Below the pieces are notes generated by a model that saw only the letters and a program-made list of their open reading frames with translations, made no database searches and was not told the DNA's origin. 64,000 nt of DNA, from assembly GCA_965198115.1 (NCBI GenBank), contig OZ240241.1, positions 3,744,001-3,808,000 on the forward strand. Direction: 5' to 3'. Within the stretch, counting starts at the first letter, position 1. The number at the start of each line of letters is the position of its first letter. The DNA is from Candidatus Latescibacterota bacterium. Lineage in GTDB: Bacteria; Latescibacterota; UBA2968. This document shows, piece by piece, positions 29,976 through 40,301 of this stretch. The translations under genes were made by a program, and so were the position numbers.

Positions 29976-30838
29976 GACTGCACCCAGATCTCTTCCTTAG
30001 TGCATGGTTTCATAAACATTATTACGTATGTCCTGAACATTATTTGTAGCTTATGTTCTCCTTCAAAAGGAGGAGAACAATGCCAAGACGTTCGCCTTAT
30101 GTGGTGCTACTGTCTGAGAAGGAACGGGTCGACCTCGAGCGAATGGCTGGACAATATACGTTATCGTATTATCAAGTGATCCGATCGAAAATCGTGCTTC
30201 TCGCCGCCGAGGGATTATCCAACAAGATTATCGCCCAACGGTTGGATGTTCCGCGTCCGATCGTAAGCAAATGGCGTAAGCGCTTTTTCGAAGAGCGTCT
30301 TTCGGGACTCGAAGATAGATCTCGTCCCGGGCGCCCGCCCGGTTTTCCCCCCTCAGGTGGTCGTTCAGATCAAGGCGCTGGCGTGTGAACTACCGAGCGA
30401 GAGCGGGATACCGCTCTCGCGGTTCAGCTGTTCCGAGATTGCCGCCGAGGCAGTGCAAAGGGGCTTCGTTGCCAAGATCAGCGGCGCCACTGTCTGGCGC
30501 TGGTTGAACGAGGACGCGATTCGTCCTTGGTATCATCGCTCCTGGATTTTCCCACGGGACCCGGACTTCCAAACCAAAGCAGGTAGAGTCCTTGATCTGT
30601 ATCACCGCCAATGGCAAGGAAAGCCTTTAGGGCCGAGGGAATATGCCTGAATCATGCATGAATTTGAGTTTAGGTTGTTTTGGAGTGATGTGATCACGCA
30701 CAGGATTTGTTCTCGGCTTCTTCGGATGTCCAAGGTCCCGTAAGCGGTCTCTACGAGTCGCAAGAGTCACGATTTTCGTCCGGAACAGGTGTTGTTTTGC
30801 GACGTGTACATAGCTGTCCCCGGTATAGATCGGCGTTG

Positions 30839-32117
30839 TTACTGCGTGTTCGTTTCGAGCCTGGTGATGATTGACACCAAGACGTTTTTGAGTGGATACG
30901 ATGTTGGAAAATGGAATCGGATTCTTCGTGCGCTTTCAATGACTCTCGCGCCGATTTTGAGGAAACGGTTCTGTATCGTGTTGACCTGAGGTTTGGTCCA
31001 CGCGGTGCCCTTGAGTCCCTGTGATCGGAGTGCGTGAAGCAAGGCGTATGCAGCACTGTGTAGAAAGAGTCGGAACTGGTTGGCTTCAAACTTGTGGCAC
31101 GATGTTCGATCGGATACGATCATAGATAAAGCCGTCTCGATTACTCTGTAAATTGGTCACGCGGTATCTTGGATTTGCTTCGCCGTTTGTGACTTCAGCC
31201 TTGTGAATGATCCGGCGAGGCTGCCGGTAGGTGCCAGCCTGATATGAGAAGGATGAGAACAAGCGAATCGTCTCCTTATGCTCGCTCAGACGTAGCGCTT
31301 GGTCCATCAGGTTTTGTCCAGCCGCTTTGAGCTTGGAGTTGGCGCCCTGGCCCAGAACGTAGTAGATACCGTTGTCTTCGCAGAAATCGTGCATCTCTGG
31401 TGAGCTGAACTTTGAGTCTGCGCGAACGATGATCTCCACGTTTGGCCAAGATCCGCGTAGGTGTTCCACCAAGCGCTTGAGAATAGAAACGACCTGTTTA
31501 CCGTTCGTCGGATGCCCGGGTCTCAAGATCGTCGTAATGAGCTTGCCGCTTTGGCCTTCATAGATATGTAGCGGCATATAGCAGTGTTCATTGTAATACG
31601 CGTTGAAGAGTGAAAATTGTTGCGCACCGTGCGTTGGGTCATCCGTGTCGTCGATATCGAGAATGATGCTTGGGGGTGCCTGGTCATACGATGCGATGAA
31701 CCCGTCTACAAAAGCCCGTGCGAGCCGATACAAATCCGAGCGTCGCACATCATTCTCAAGTCGTGTCATCGTTGATTGGCTCCCGAGATCAGGACCGGAA
31801 AGAGGAAGCCGATCGCAGGCAGCCTTGACGCCCGGATCGTGGCGCAAATCATCACAATCGACGGCATCTTCATAGCCGCAAGCGATCTGAAAAACACGCT
31901 GCTTCACAAGATCCAAAAGCGTGTGATCGATATAGCTTGGGTGACGACGATCTCGCAAAGCATCTACCATTCTGGCGATCAATCCCATCTGAGACTCAAG
32001 GGCGCGAAGCAACAGAACTCCACCGTCACTCCTGACGGCGCCACCGGCAAAATCAGCCTCAACTACCTTGCCCGAAATGCTTGCGAATGGTAACCGGATC
32101 TGACTAGGTTCTATCAC
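30839..32117 (-). pseudogene. IS1380 transposase with internal deletion/frameshift near 31112
   Basis: SDGGVLL, GYEDAVD, SQSTMTRLEN, LDIDDTDD..HGAQQ, RADS; jumps from YDRI to SDRTSCHKFEANQF in another frame, lacking the usual RG..EN.IKE segment. Confidence 0.85.
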
Positions 32118-32204
32118 GGTAGTTCCTTCCAAGTGTTGTTTTGATGTGTCAGCCCTAATGTAGGGAAAAACAAACACTTGTACAAGGAGACTACCTTTTT
32201 TATG

Positions 32205-33624
32205 GGCTCTATCCGGGTTTCTCAACGGTGAAACTATAGAATGACAAGGTCATAGATCGTTCCCTACGCTTGGTTGTGTGTGTAGGACAATCAAAGCGAA
32301 GGGGGTGCGACCTATGACCGGGAGCAGATTACTATCGAAACTGCTGAGATTCAAGGGGTTCCGTGTTGTCAGCTGGTGGTTTGAGGGGAGAAGCTGCTTC
32401 GTCATCGCCGTAAAGCCACATAAGAATGGTTGTTGTTGTCCGGAGTGCGGCCGTCGAGGTAAAATCGTCCGCACAATGCCCCATCCGCGTCGGTGGCGTG
32501 ACATTCCGGTGTGCGGGTGGAGGGTCTGGCTTCTCTACCATCCTCGGGAGATTCGGTGTCCTACCCACGGTCGTGTGGTCGAGGAGATTCCGTGGGCGGA
32601 GCGGTTCTCTCGGGTGACGTATCGCTTCGAGTATGCCATGCTGCGCTACTGCCAGACCATGACGCAGAAGGCGGCGTCCGAGTTACTGCGCATCTCTGCC
32701 TCGACGCTGTCGGATCTCCTTCACCGATCCATCACGCGGCTTCGTGAAGGTCATCGTATCCGAGGGCTCAAAACCATCGGGATCGACGAGATCTCCTACG
32801 CCAAGCGTCACAGGTACGCCACGCTCGTTTACGATCTGGACCGCTCCTGCGTGGTGTGGGTTGGCCGCGGCAGGGCGCGTAAAACGATCGATCGGTTCTT
32901 CACAGAGGCTCTCAGTCCCTACCGGAGATCCAAGATCGAGTGGGCCTGCTGCGACATGAGCGAAGCTTACATCGGAGCCATCCAGGAACACTGTCCGAAT
33001 GCCAAGCTGGTCCTCGATCGCTTTCACATCGTCAAGGCTCTCAATGCCGCCGTTGACGAGGTCCGTAAGGACCAGTGGCGTAAAGCTGCCCCGGATGAGC
33101 GCAAAGCCATGAAGGGCCTCCGATGGCTCCTCTACCGGCACTCAGCGACACGCTCCAGAGGGGATACTCGGACACTCAAAGCACTGGAGAAGGCGAACTA
33201 CCGAATCTATAGAGCCTGGAGACTCAAGGACGAGTTCGAGCAGTTCTGGGAATACAAAGCGCCCTGGGCTGCCGAACGCTTCCTGAAATGCTGGACGACG
33301 TCCGCACTCAGAAGTCGACTTGAACCCCTGCGAAAGTTCGTCAGGACCCTGCGACAGCACTTCTTCGGCGTCCTCGCATTCGTGAACACGCGTCTTACCA
33401 ACGCCATCGCCGAAGGCCTCAACCGAATCGTCCAAATCGTCAAGAACCGAGCCAGCGGATTCCGCACACTCGACGCATTCAACGATATGATCTTCCTTAC
33501 CGTCGGAGACATAAACATCCCTGAGCAGATTCCGAAGAGGTTCCGCACACGCTAACCGCGCCCCCATGCCAGGAACCACGGCACCTTCACCCACTTCATC
33601 TCGTTGAGAGATCCGGATATAGCC
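32205..33624 (+). mobile_element. ISL3-family insertion sequence, copy 2 (inner layer, 1,420 bp)
   Basis: Same IRs as copy 1; direct repeat TTTTTTATG at 32196-32204 and 33625-33633. Confidence 0.93.
32314..33555 (+). CDS. ISL3 transposase (intact)
   Basis: CPEC..CPTH finger, IGIDE, CCDM, LDRFH, AEGLN. Confidence 0.93.
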   Translation: MTGSRLLSKLLRFKGFRVVSWWFEGRSCFVIAVKPHKNGCCCPECGRRGKIVRTMPHPRRWRDIPVCGWRVWLLYHPREIRCPTHGRVVEEIPWAERFSRVTYRFEYAMLRYCQTMTQKAASELLRISASTLSDLLHRSITRLREGHRIRGLKTIGIDEISYAKRHRYATLVYDLDRSCVVWVGRGRARKTIDRFFTEALSPYRRSKIEWACCDMSEAYIGAIQEHCPNAKLVLDRFHIVKALNAAVDEVRKDQWRKAAPDERKAMKGLRWLLYRHSATRSRGDTRTLKALEKANYRIYRAWRLKDEFEQFWEYKAPWAAERFLKCWTTSALRSRLEPLRKFVRTLRQHFFGVLAFVNTRLTNAIAEGLNRIVQIVKNRASGFRTLDAFNDMIFLTVGDINIPEQIPKRFRTR

Positions 33625-34263
33625 TTTTTTATGCATAATTCAGGTATGTACTTTCTGCCGACGAAAAGACCAGTATTCAAGCACGAGCTCGCAAGCACGT
33701 TACCCTACCGCCAGCCTCGAACAGAGCGGCACGCGTTGAAACACGAATACGAGCGGAAAGGAGCCCTGGCCTATCTGGCTGCTCTCGACGTGCACAATGG
33801 TCGAATCTTCGGTCTCTGTGAGTCTTCTTCGGGTATCGAGCCCTTCAACCGGCTCCTGAGCCTGATCATGAGCCGGAAACCCTATTGCTCGGCAAAGAAA
33901 GTCTACCTCATCGTGGATAATGGCTCCTCGCACCGAGGGCAAACATGCATCGACCGTATCCAGGGGAAGTGGCCAAACATCCACCCCGTTCACCTTCCGA
34001 TCCACGCAAGCTGGCTCAATCAGATCGAGATCTACTTCTCGATCCTCAAACGCAAGGCTCTGACACCTATCGAATTTGCATCGCTCGAAGAGCTTGAGGC
34101 AAGAATCCTCGGTTTTCAGGAACGCTACGGACGTATCGCCACACCCTTCAAATGGAAGTTCACACGAACAGATCTCGCGGAGATGATCGACAAACTCAGG
34201 TTCTACGATACGCCCTTGGCAAAGTCTGCTTAGAATACGTAACCGTATTTGCGAACAGGAGTA

Positions 34264-34434
34264 CTAAGGGCGTCGGTGGGTGAGCCGAAACAGACAATAG
34301 CCCAGACCAAGAATACCGAACACGACGCCGGACACGAACCAGGGCTCCGGCTTGACGCGTGACTCGTAGGCCAGATAGGCGCAGGATAGGCCGAAGGCCA
34401 CGTGAAGAATGAACATCAGATAGAACCAGGCCAA
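34264..34434 (-). CDS. Small two-TM membrane protein (56 aa), absent from the ORF track
   Basis: GGAGG SD then TTG; MAWFYLMFILHVAFGLSCAYLAYESRVKPEPWFVSGVVFGILGLGYCLFRLTHRRP; stop codon overlaps the IS630 TA. Confidence 0.65.
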   Translation of the reverse strand: MAWFYLMFILHVAFGLSCAYLAYESRVKPEPWFVSGVVFGILGLGYCLFRLTHRRP

Positions 34435-34544
34435 GGGGCACCTCCAGGAAAGAGATACTTAATATTACTTATTATTAATATCGGCCAAATTCTATTTCTC
34501 TTCAGTCCTCGTTTCTCACCTAAAATGCTTATTTAAACACACTT

Positions 34545-37121
34545 ATGTCTACACTTTCTCGCTTCAATCGAAAGATCCTCCCGACCCTCATCGATGCGAC
34601 AAGAGGATCCCGTATCCTGGCGGACATCCGGGAGATCTGCAAGACGGACCGCTGGAACTCTTTCGACCGGTTTCACGACACCACCAACACCCTCGTCGAG
34701 CGATACAAGGCGGCTGGTGCCCGGGTGGAGGTCACTCCCATCAAGACCGGCGGCCACATCGGCACGGGGCGATGGGTCATTCGCGAGACCACGGACGTGG
34801 TCTCGGCAACCGCAGACGTCATCGCACCCGTTCGAAGACGTCTGCTCAGCTATGCCCGGAATCCGTGGTCCGTCATCCAGTGGAGCGCGGCCACACCCGC
34901 CGATGGATTGACGGGTCCGCTCGTCATCCTCGACACCCCCGAGGCCATTCAGAAAACCGAGCGATCGCTCGAGGGGTGCATCGTCCTCACACGTCACAAC
35001 GTGCGAAACATCGTCCGCGATCTGTCCGACCGCGGAGCCGCCGCCGTCATCACCGACATCGCCGTCGACGGTCACCCCGACGCCAAGGCCTGGACCAAGT
35101 TCGGCTGGGGCGCCGTCGGACTCGAGGCCAGCGCCGCCAGGCTGGTTGGGCTCGTCCTCTCCGCCAACGAAGGCAAAGCCCTCCGTGCGCTCGCAAAGAA
35201 GGGCGAGGTCCGGCTTCATCTTCGCGTTGACATCCGGCCGAACATCGGAACGCACGACCTCGTCAGCGGTATCGTCAAGGGGTCGGCTGATCCACAGGAC
35301 GAACTCTGGGTCCTCGCCCACAGCGCCGAACCGGGCGCTCACGACAACGCATCCGGCGTCGCGCTTTGTCTGGAAACCGCTCGCGTCCTCGAGTCTCTCA
35401 TTCGAAGAGGCAAGATCTCGCGACCCAAGCGAACCCTCCGCCTCCTTTCGGGATTCGAGTGCTACGGTTTCTTTCACTACCTCGAACACCAGAATCGCTA
35501 TCAGCCGCCCCTCGCGGGAATCTGCGTCGACACGGTCGGCGCCCGACCCGACGTCTGTGACGGCAGACTTTCGTGGCGAGCGACCGTTCCCTCATCCGCG
35601 GGGTTCGTCGACCAAGTCGGAGGCGCCATCATCCGCGCGACGCTTCGACAGACACGACCGGGATATCGTCTGGTCGAAGGCGACTTCATCCCCACGAGCG
35701 ACACCCTCATCGGCGACCCGCGTTACGGTTTCCCCTGTCCGTGGATCAACACGCACTTACGGCGTGGCGATCGTGCGTGGAAGGCCTATCACTCCTCGGC
35801 CGACACACCCGACGTCCTGAGTCCTGTCGGCCTACAGGCCTGCTCGGCGGCCGTCACTGGCTACCTCGCCTACCTCGCAGACGCCGGAACCGTCGACCTC
35901 CTCGAAATGGCGGCAGCCGAGACTGCACGTGCGAAATCAGCGCTTGCCCGAACCCGTTCGGTCGACAAGGCGGACTTCATCCGTCAGCGTCACGCCGAAT
36001 CGCTTAAACGTCTCGAGCGTTGGATATGGGAAGGTGACAGGAACGAAACGCTGCGTCGACTCGCCGAGGAGAGATCGGCCGTCGACGGATCAGGACCCCG
36101 CGCTCGGCCAAAAACTTTGCGAACACGCGAGGCCCGTGTGGTAGTCAGACGGACACGGGCCCTGACGCCCACTGCGGAGAATACGCCCGTTCCGATCAAG
36201 AACGAGATTGCCGGTGCACAGCTTTCTCCGTGGGCGCTCTTCTGGGCGGATGGCCGGCGAACGCTCGGAGAGATCAATCGTCTGGTGTCGATCGAAAGCG
36301 GGAAGGACGTCACCCTCGATCGGGTCGTCCGATACTTCCAGGGGCACGCCGAGCTCGGCTACGTCGATCTCATTCAGCCCGACCGAATCGTCTCACGGAA
36401 ATCCGTCGTTGGTGACTTCCGCCGACTCGGATTGCGACCCGGCATGAACGTGATGGTCCACAGCTCCCTGGCGTCCGTCGGTCACGTCGCCGGTGGGCCC
36501 GACACCCTCATCGACGCGATGCTCGACATCATCGGCCGCGATGGCACGTTGATGATGCCTTCGTTCAACCACCGGGCTGCGCACGTCTACAACCCGAAGA
36601 CTTCACCCACGACGAACGGCGCGCTGCCCGACGCCTTCTGGCGACGCCCGGACGTCGTCAGAAGCGATCACCCAACCCACGCCGTCGCCGCTTTCGGCCC
36701 CAAAGCCGAAGCCTTCTGTCGGGACCACGTCGCCCTCGGGCTCTGGACGGCCGACAGCCCCATCGCCCGTCTCGTCGCCGAGAACGGTCACGTCCTTTCC
36801 CTCGGCGTCACCCATACCTCCAGCACAGCCTACCACGTGGGCGAGCTCTCCGTCCCCTGCCGGTGCATCGACCCCTTCGGCGGCAAGGGCCGCATTGTCA
36901 CGATCGAAGGCGCCGTCAGGGCCGTACGCGGACTGGCGTGGCGGGACGACACCTGTCCCGTTTCGCCCGACCGTCTCAACGACACACTCGCGAAGCGGCA
37001 GCGCTCAGGTCGCATCGGCGAGGCGACGGCCACGCTCGTGCCCGCCCGTCTGATTGTGCAGGCAAGACGGCGGCACTTGCGTTCGGTCTGTCCCACCTGT
37101 CGGATCCGGCCGAGGGCATAG
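34545..37121 (+). CDS. Fusion: M28/DUF4910-like metallopeptidase + AAC(3)-family N-acetyltransferase
   Basis: AHSAEPGAHDNASG, GFECYG, CVDTVG, YHSSADTP; then in frame LGLRPGMNVMVHSSL, GTLMMPSF, RSDHPTHAVAAFG, AYHVGE. Confidence 0.85.
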   Translation: MSTLSRFNRKILPTLIDATRGSRILADIREICKTDRWNSFDRFHDTTNTLVERYKAAGARVEVTPIKTGGHIGTGRWVIRETTDVVSATADVIAPVRRRLLSYARNPWSVIQWSAATPADGLTGPLVILDTPEAIQKTERSLEGCIVLTRHNVRNIVRDLSDRGAAAVITDIAVDGHPDAKAWTKFGWGAVGLEASAARLVGLVLSANEGKALRALAKKGEVRLHLRVDIRPNIGTHDLVSGIVKGSADPQDELWVLAHSAEPGAHDNASGVALCLETARVLESLIRRGKISRPKRTLRLLSGFECYGFFHYLEHQNRYQPPLAGICVDTVGARPDVCDGRLSWRATVPSSAGFVDQVGGAIIRATLRQTRPGYRLVEGDFIPTSDTLIGDPRYGFPCPWINTHLRRGDRAWKAYHSSADTPDVLSPVGLQACSAAVTGYLAYLADAGTVDLLEMAAAETARAKSALARTRSVDKADFIRQRHAESLKRLERWIWEGDRNETLRRLAEERSAVDGSGPRARPKTLRTREARVVVRRTRALTPTAENTPVPIKNEIAGAQLSPWALFWADGRRTLGEINRLVSIESGKDVTLDRVVRYFQGHAELGYVDLIQPDRIVSRKSVVGDFRRLGLRPGMNVMVHSSLASVGHVAGGPDTLIDAMLDIIGRDGTLMMPSFNHRAAHVYNPKTSPTTNGALPDAFWRRPDVVRSDHPTHAVAAFGPKAEAFCRDHVALGLWTADSPIARLVAENGHVLSLGVTHTSSTAYHVGELSVPCRCIDPFGGKGRIVTIEGAVRAVRGLAWRDDTCPVSPDRLNDTLAKRQRSGRIGEATATLVPARLIVQARRRHLRSVCPTCRIRPRA

Positions 37122-37314
37122 GGATTGCCACCCCAACAGGATCCAAAAAAAAGAGCTCGTAGTCTATGAACGAAACCGTTCATTGCCTTGCCCCCGATGG
37201 TGGAGCGGCTGAAGGTGGTTGCTTTATGAGCAGAAGTGTCTCCGGTCGGTGGCAGAAACGACTGTCATTGACAGCTTCTGCATCCTGGTTTAGGCAGACA
37301 CCTTGGGATTTCCA

Positions 37315-38106
37315 TCAGACCGGATACGTAATCGACTCGTTGTAGGGAATGATCAGCGGCAGCGGCCCATCTTCCGGGAAACTTTGAATGTAATCACCCG
37401 GATCGTAGTTGCGGCTGACGAAGCACTGATAGTGCGCGGGGACAACCGTGCGAAGACCCAGCTTGAACGCTGTTTCAACCGACCCCGGGAAGAACGGAAA
37501 TTCACCTTCGTCAGGATGGGTCGTCAGGATGCCGATGTTGGGTTCGAGTTGGGCGATAGGCTGGATGAGTTCATCGTGATTGGCGAAGGTGTTGATGGGA
37601 TCGCCGGAGAGATAGAGGTTCGTGACACCGAAACCGAGCACGTAGCCCAGGTGCTGAACGTCGGGCGGTTTGATGTCCTCTTCGGGCACACCTGCGGGCG
37701 GCTTGGCCCAGACGACGTGTGCTCTGACGTCTTCGAGATCCGTGACCTCACCCGCGGTGACCTCGGTCGTCAGTTCCATCGGAATCCCGTTGTCGAGCAG
37801 ATTCTCGATGCTCTCAGACGGACCGACGTAGCGGCAATCGGGAAAGGCATCGTGAATCCGCTGAATCGATTCGATGCAGGTGTGATCGCCGTGATTATGG
37901 GTGAGGATGACGTAGTGGGTTTCCAGATCGGCTTCGTTCAGAGGCGGTTCGGCGTGGATGAAACGATCGGCCGGCCGCTCGTGGGGAAAGTAAGGGTCGC
38001 ACTGGATGACCGTGCCTGCGCCCGACTTGAACGCGAATGAACTCTGCCCGAACCAGTGGAGTGCGACGTGATCGGGTGGTACGTCGATGTCGTTCAAGCG
38101 ATGCAT
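37315..38106 (-). CDS. Metallo-beta-lactamase-fold hydrolase (UlaG-like)
   Basis: WFGQSSF, CDPYF, LTHNHGDH, YLSGD, VPAHY. Confidence 0.88.
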   Translation of the reverse strand: MHRLNDIDVPPDHVALHWFGQSSFAFKSGAGTVIQCDPYFPHERPADRFIHAEPPLNEADLETHYVILTHNHGDHTCIESIQRIHDAFPDCRYVGPSESIENLLDNGIPMELTTEVTAGEVTDLEDVRAHVVWAKPPAGVPEEDIKPPDVQHLGYVLGFGVTNLYLSGDPINTFANHDELIQPIAQLEPNIGILTTHPDEGEFPFFPGSVETAFKLGLRTVVPAHYQCFVSRNYDPGDYIQSFPEDGPLPLIIPYNESITYPV

Positions 38107-38235
38107 AAGAGCCCCCGATACAATCGTGTGAAACGAGACAGGTGACGCGTATGGGGGATCAATAATCCCCTTGGACCGCATTGTGTCAAGCGATGCTTGG
38201 TTAGATGGGATGCCACGGATATATTCGATAGACCG

Positions 38236-40229
38236 ATGGCTGTGAACCGTTCTCCGTTCTCCGGATTATCGAATTTCTCGCGGGAATACTGCATTCTGCC
38301 TTCAAAAGTTTACCTCGTCGTCGCGCTTTCGACCGTGGCCGTTGCCTGCTTACAGGGCGATCCAGTCGACGACACCCTGGAGCAGAAGGTTCAGTCTGAA
38401 AAGCGATCGGTTCAGCCGCCGACTCGCGCTCCTCTGAGAATTGACCCGAGCATTCTCGAAGATCGAGATTTCAGGGAATCACCCGCGCTGGCGGGACGAG
38501 TGACGAAGGGGCGATTACCTCCTGTTGACGAAAGGTTGCCCGAGAATCCGCTGGTTGTCGTACCGATGGAGGAGATCGGACGATACGGCGGGACGATTCG
38601 GCGCGCGCTCGCAGGAGACATTGTTCAGACTGCAGGGGTGAACAAGACTCTCAGCGAGGGGCTGATGGGCTATCATCGCCCTTTGCCCGAGTCGATCGAA
38701 TACAACCTTGCGGAGAGCTACCATTACGAGGACGAAGGGCGGGTCGCGATCTTCAAGATCCGGAAGGGGATCAAGTGGTCGGATGGACATCCGTTTACGG
38801 TCGACGACATCCTGTTCTGGTATTACGACACGGAGGTCGACGACGACGCCCGCAACGATGCGGTGATGTCGTTGGTGTGGTTGGTGGGCGACGAGCCGAT
38901 CCAGATGGGAGGATCGACGACCACACCCTGCGCGTGTTCTCGCCGAAACCACTCGGACGCGTGCTCCAGGCCTTCTGCTCGAACGAGGTGGTGTTACCCA
39001 AGCACCACTTTTCGCGCTTTCACCCGCGCTACAATCCGGAAAGCGACTACGAAACGTTCAGGGACAGTACGACCAACGCCCAGCGAGTGCTGCAGCCGGG
39101 CGTTCCTCGCCTGTCCGCGTGGCACCCCGTCCGGTGGGAGCGAGGGCAGCGAGTCATCTACGAAAGGAACCCGTATTACTGGAAGGTCGACACGGAAGGG
39201 AATCAGCTGCCCTACGCGGACCGGATCGAGTTCAACGTGATCCAGGACTCTCAGGTGATTCTACTTAAGTTCATGAATGGAGAAATCGATCTGTTCGGGC
39301 GCTACGCCCAGACGAGCATGTATCCCACCCTTAAGGCGGGCGAGCGGAACGGGAAGTTCAAAGTCCGCGTCACGGGGCCCGAGCGAGGGTTGACGCTTTA
39401 CCTGAACTGGGATGCGCCGAACCCGGCCTTGCGGGAGGCTTTCCGGGAACGGAAGGTGCGGATGGCGCTCTCGCACGCGATCAATCGCGAGGAGCTGAAC
39501 CAGATCATCTTCCACGGTCTGCTTGACCCGTCCGGCTACGCCCTCGCACGTCAAAGTCCTTACTTCGACGAGCGCCTCTACAAGCTTTATACCGAGTTCG
39601 ATCCGGACCTCTCTCGCAGGTTGTTGGACGAAGCCGGTTTCGTCGACCGCGATGGGGACGGCACGCGAGAACTGAAGGACGGAACGCCTTTCTCGCTGAG
39701 CATCGATGTTGTAATCACACCGTCGATGTGGGTGGACGCTGTCGAGCTGATTGTCTCGCAGTGGGCCGAAGCCGGTGTCGAAGCGCACATCAACGCGACG
39801 TTGAGGGACATCCTATGGCCACGCAGGACGAATGGTGAGTTCGACATTCACGTCTGGGGCCTGGAGGGACCGGCCGATCCGCTCGCGCGCCTGAACGACT
39901 GGGCGATTATGGCCCCGACCGTCCCGTTCTGGCATCGGAATGCGTTCAAGGAGGCGCAACCCTGGCTGCGTGAAGCGACGGAGCACGTCTTCGGGTCCCT
40001 CACGACGATCGACTCAGTTGTGCTCCGCGGACATATGGAACGAGTGAGAGATCTTCACACCGAGAACATCGCGGCGATCACGGTTGGCGCGAACTACCGT
40101 GTTTGGGGCGCGGGCACGCGGCTGGGAAACGTGCCTTACGAGAACACGGCCGCGACAGTGTTCCAGGGATGGGGACGGCCGGTTTTTCACGAGCAGATTT
40201 ACATAAAGGCAGTGAACCGTGAGCCGTGA
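38236..40229 (+). pseudogene. Family-5 ABC substrate-binding lipoprotein, frameshifted near 38908
   Basis: Lipobox AVAC, LPPVDERLPENP, KWSDGHPFTVDD; then in another frame IDDHTL, ERNPYYWKVDTEGNQLPY, RMALSHAINR. One base missing; start uncertain. Confidence 0.85.
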
Positions 40230-40301
40230 AGCGTTGGCCGGAGAGACGGCTCTACCCCAACGCACAGTGTTCACAGTTTAGGGATAACGGACAACGGAAA
40301 C

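Larger units (their letters stand above)
30646..33644 (-). mobile_element. IS1380-family element (middle layer)
   Basis: IRs CCTGAATCATGCAT / ATGCATAATTCAGG; 4-bp duplication TATG at 30642-30645 and 33645-33648. Confidence 0.88.
30080..34233 (+). pseudogene. IS630 transposase, interrupted
   Basis: orfA MPRRSP..RPGRP, frame change at TTTTCCCCCC, orfB to ..PREY, resumes at 33649 VLSADEKTSIQAR, extra A near 33738, then IVDNGSSH, ASWLNQIEIYF. Confidence 0.85.
30000..34264 (+). mobile_element. IS630-family element (outer layer of a three-IS nest)
   Basis: TA duplication at 29998-29999 and 34265-34266; imperfect IRs sharing TTACGTAT; HTH ORF 30080-30388 and split DDE ORF. Confidence 0.85.

Noticed and set aside
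7998-33624. Composite transposon or past inversion between the two ISL3 copies
   Set aside because: Each copy is flanked by its own duplication.
37268-37296. TTGACA-N17-TAGGCA antisense promoter into the MBL gene
   Set aside because: The -10 lacks the conserved final T and there is no downstream gene; probably chance.
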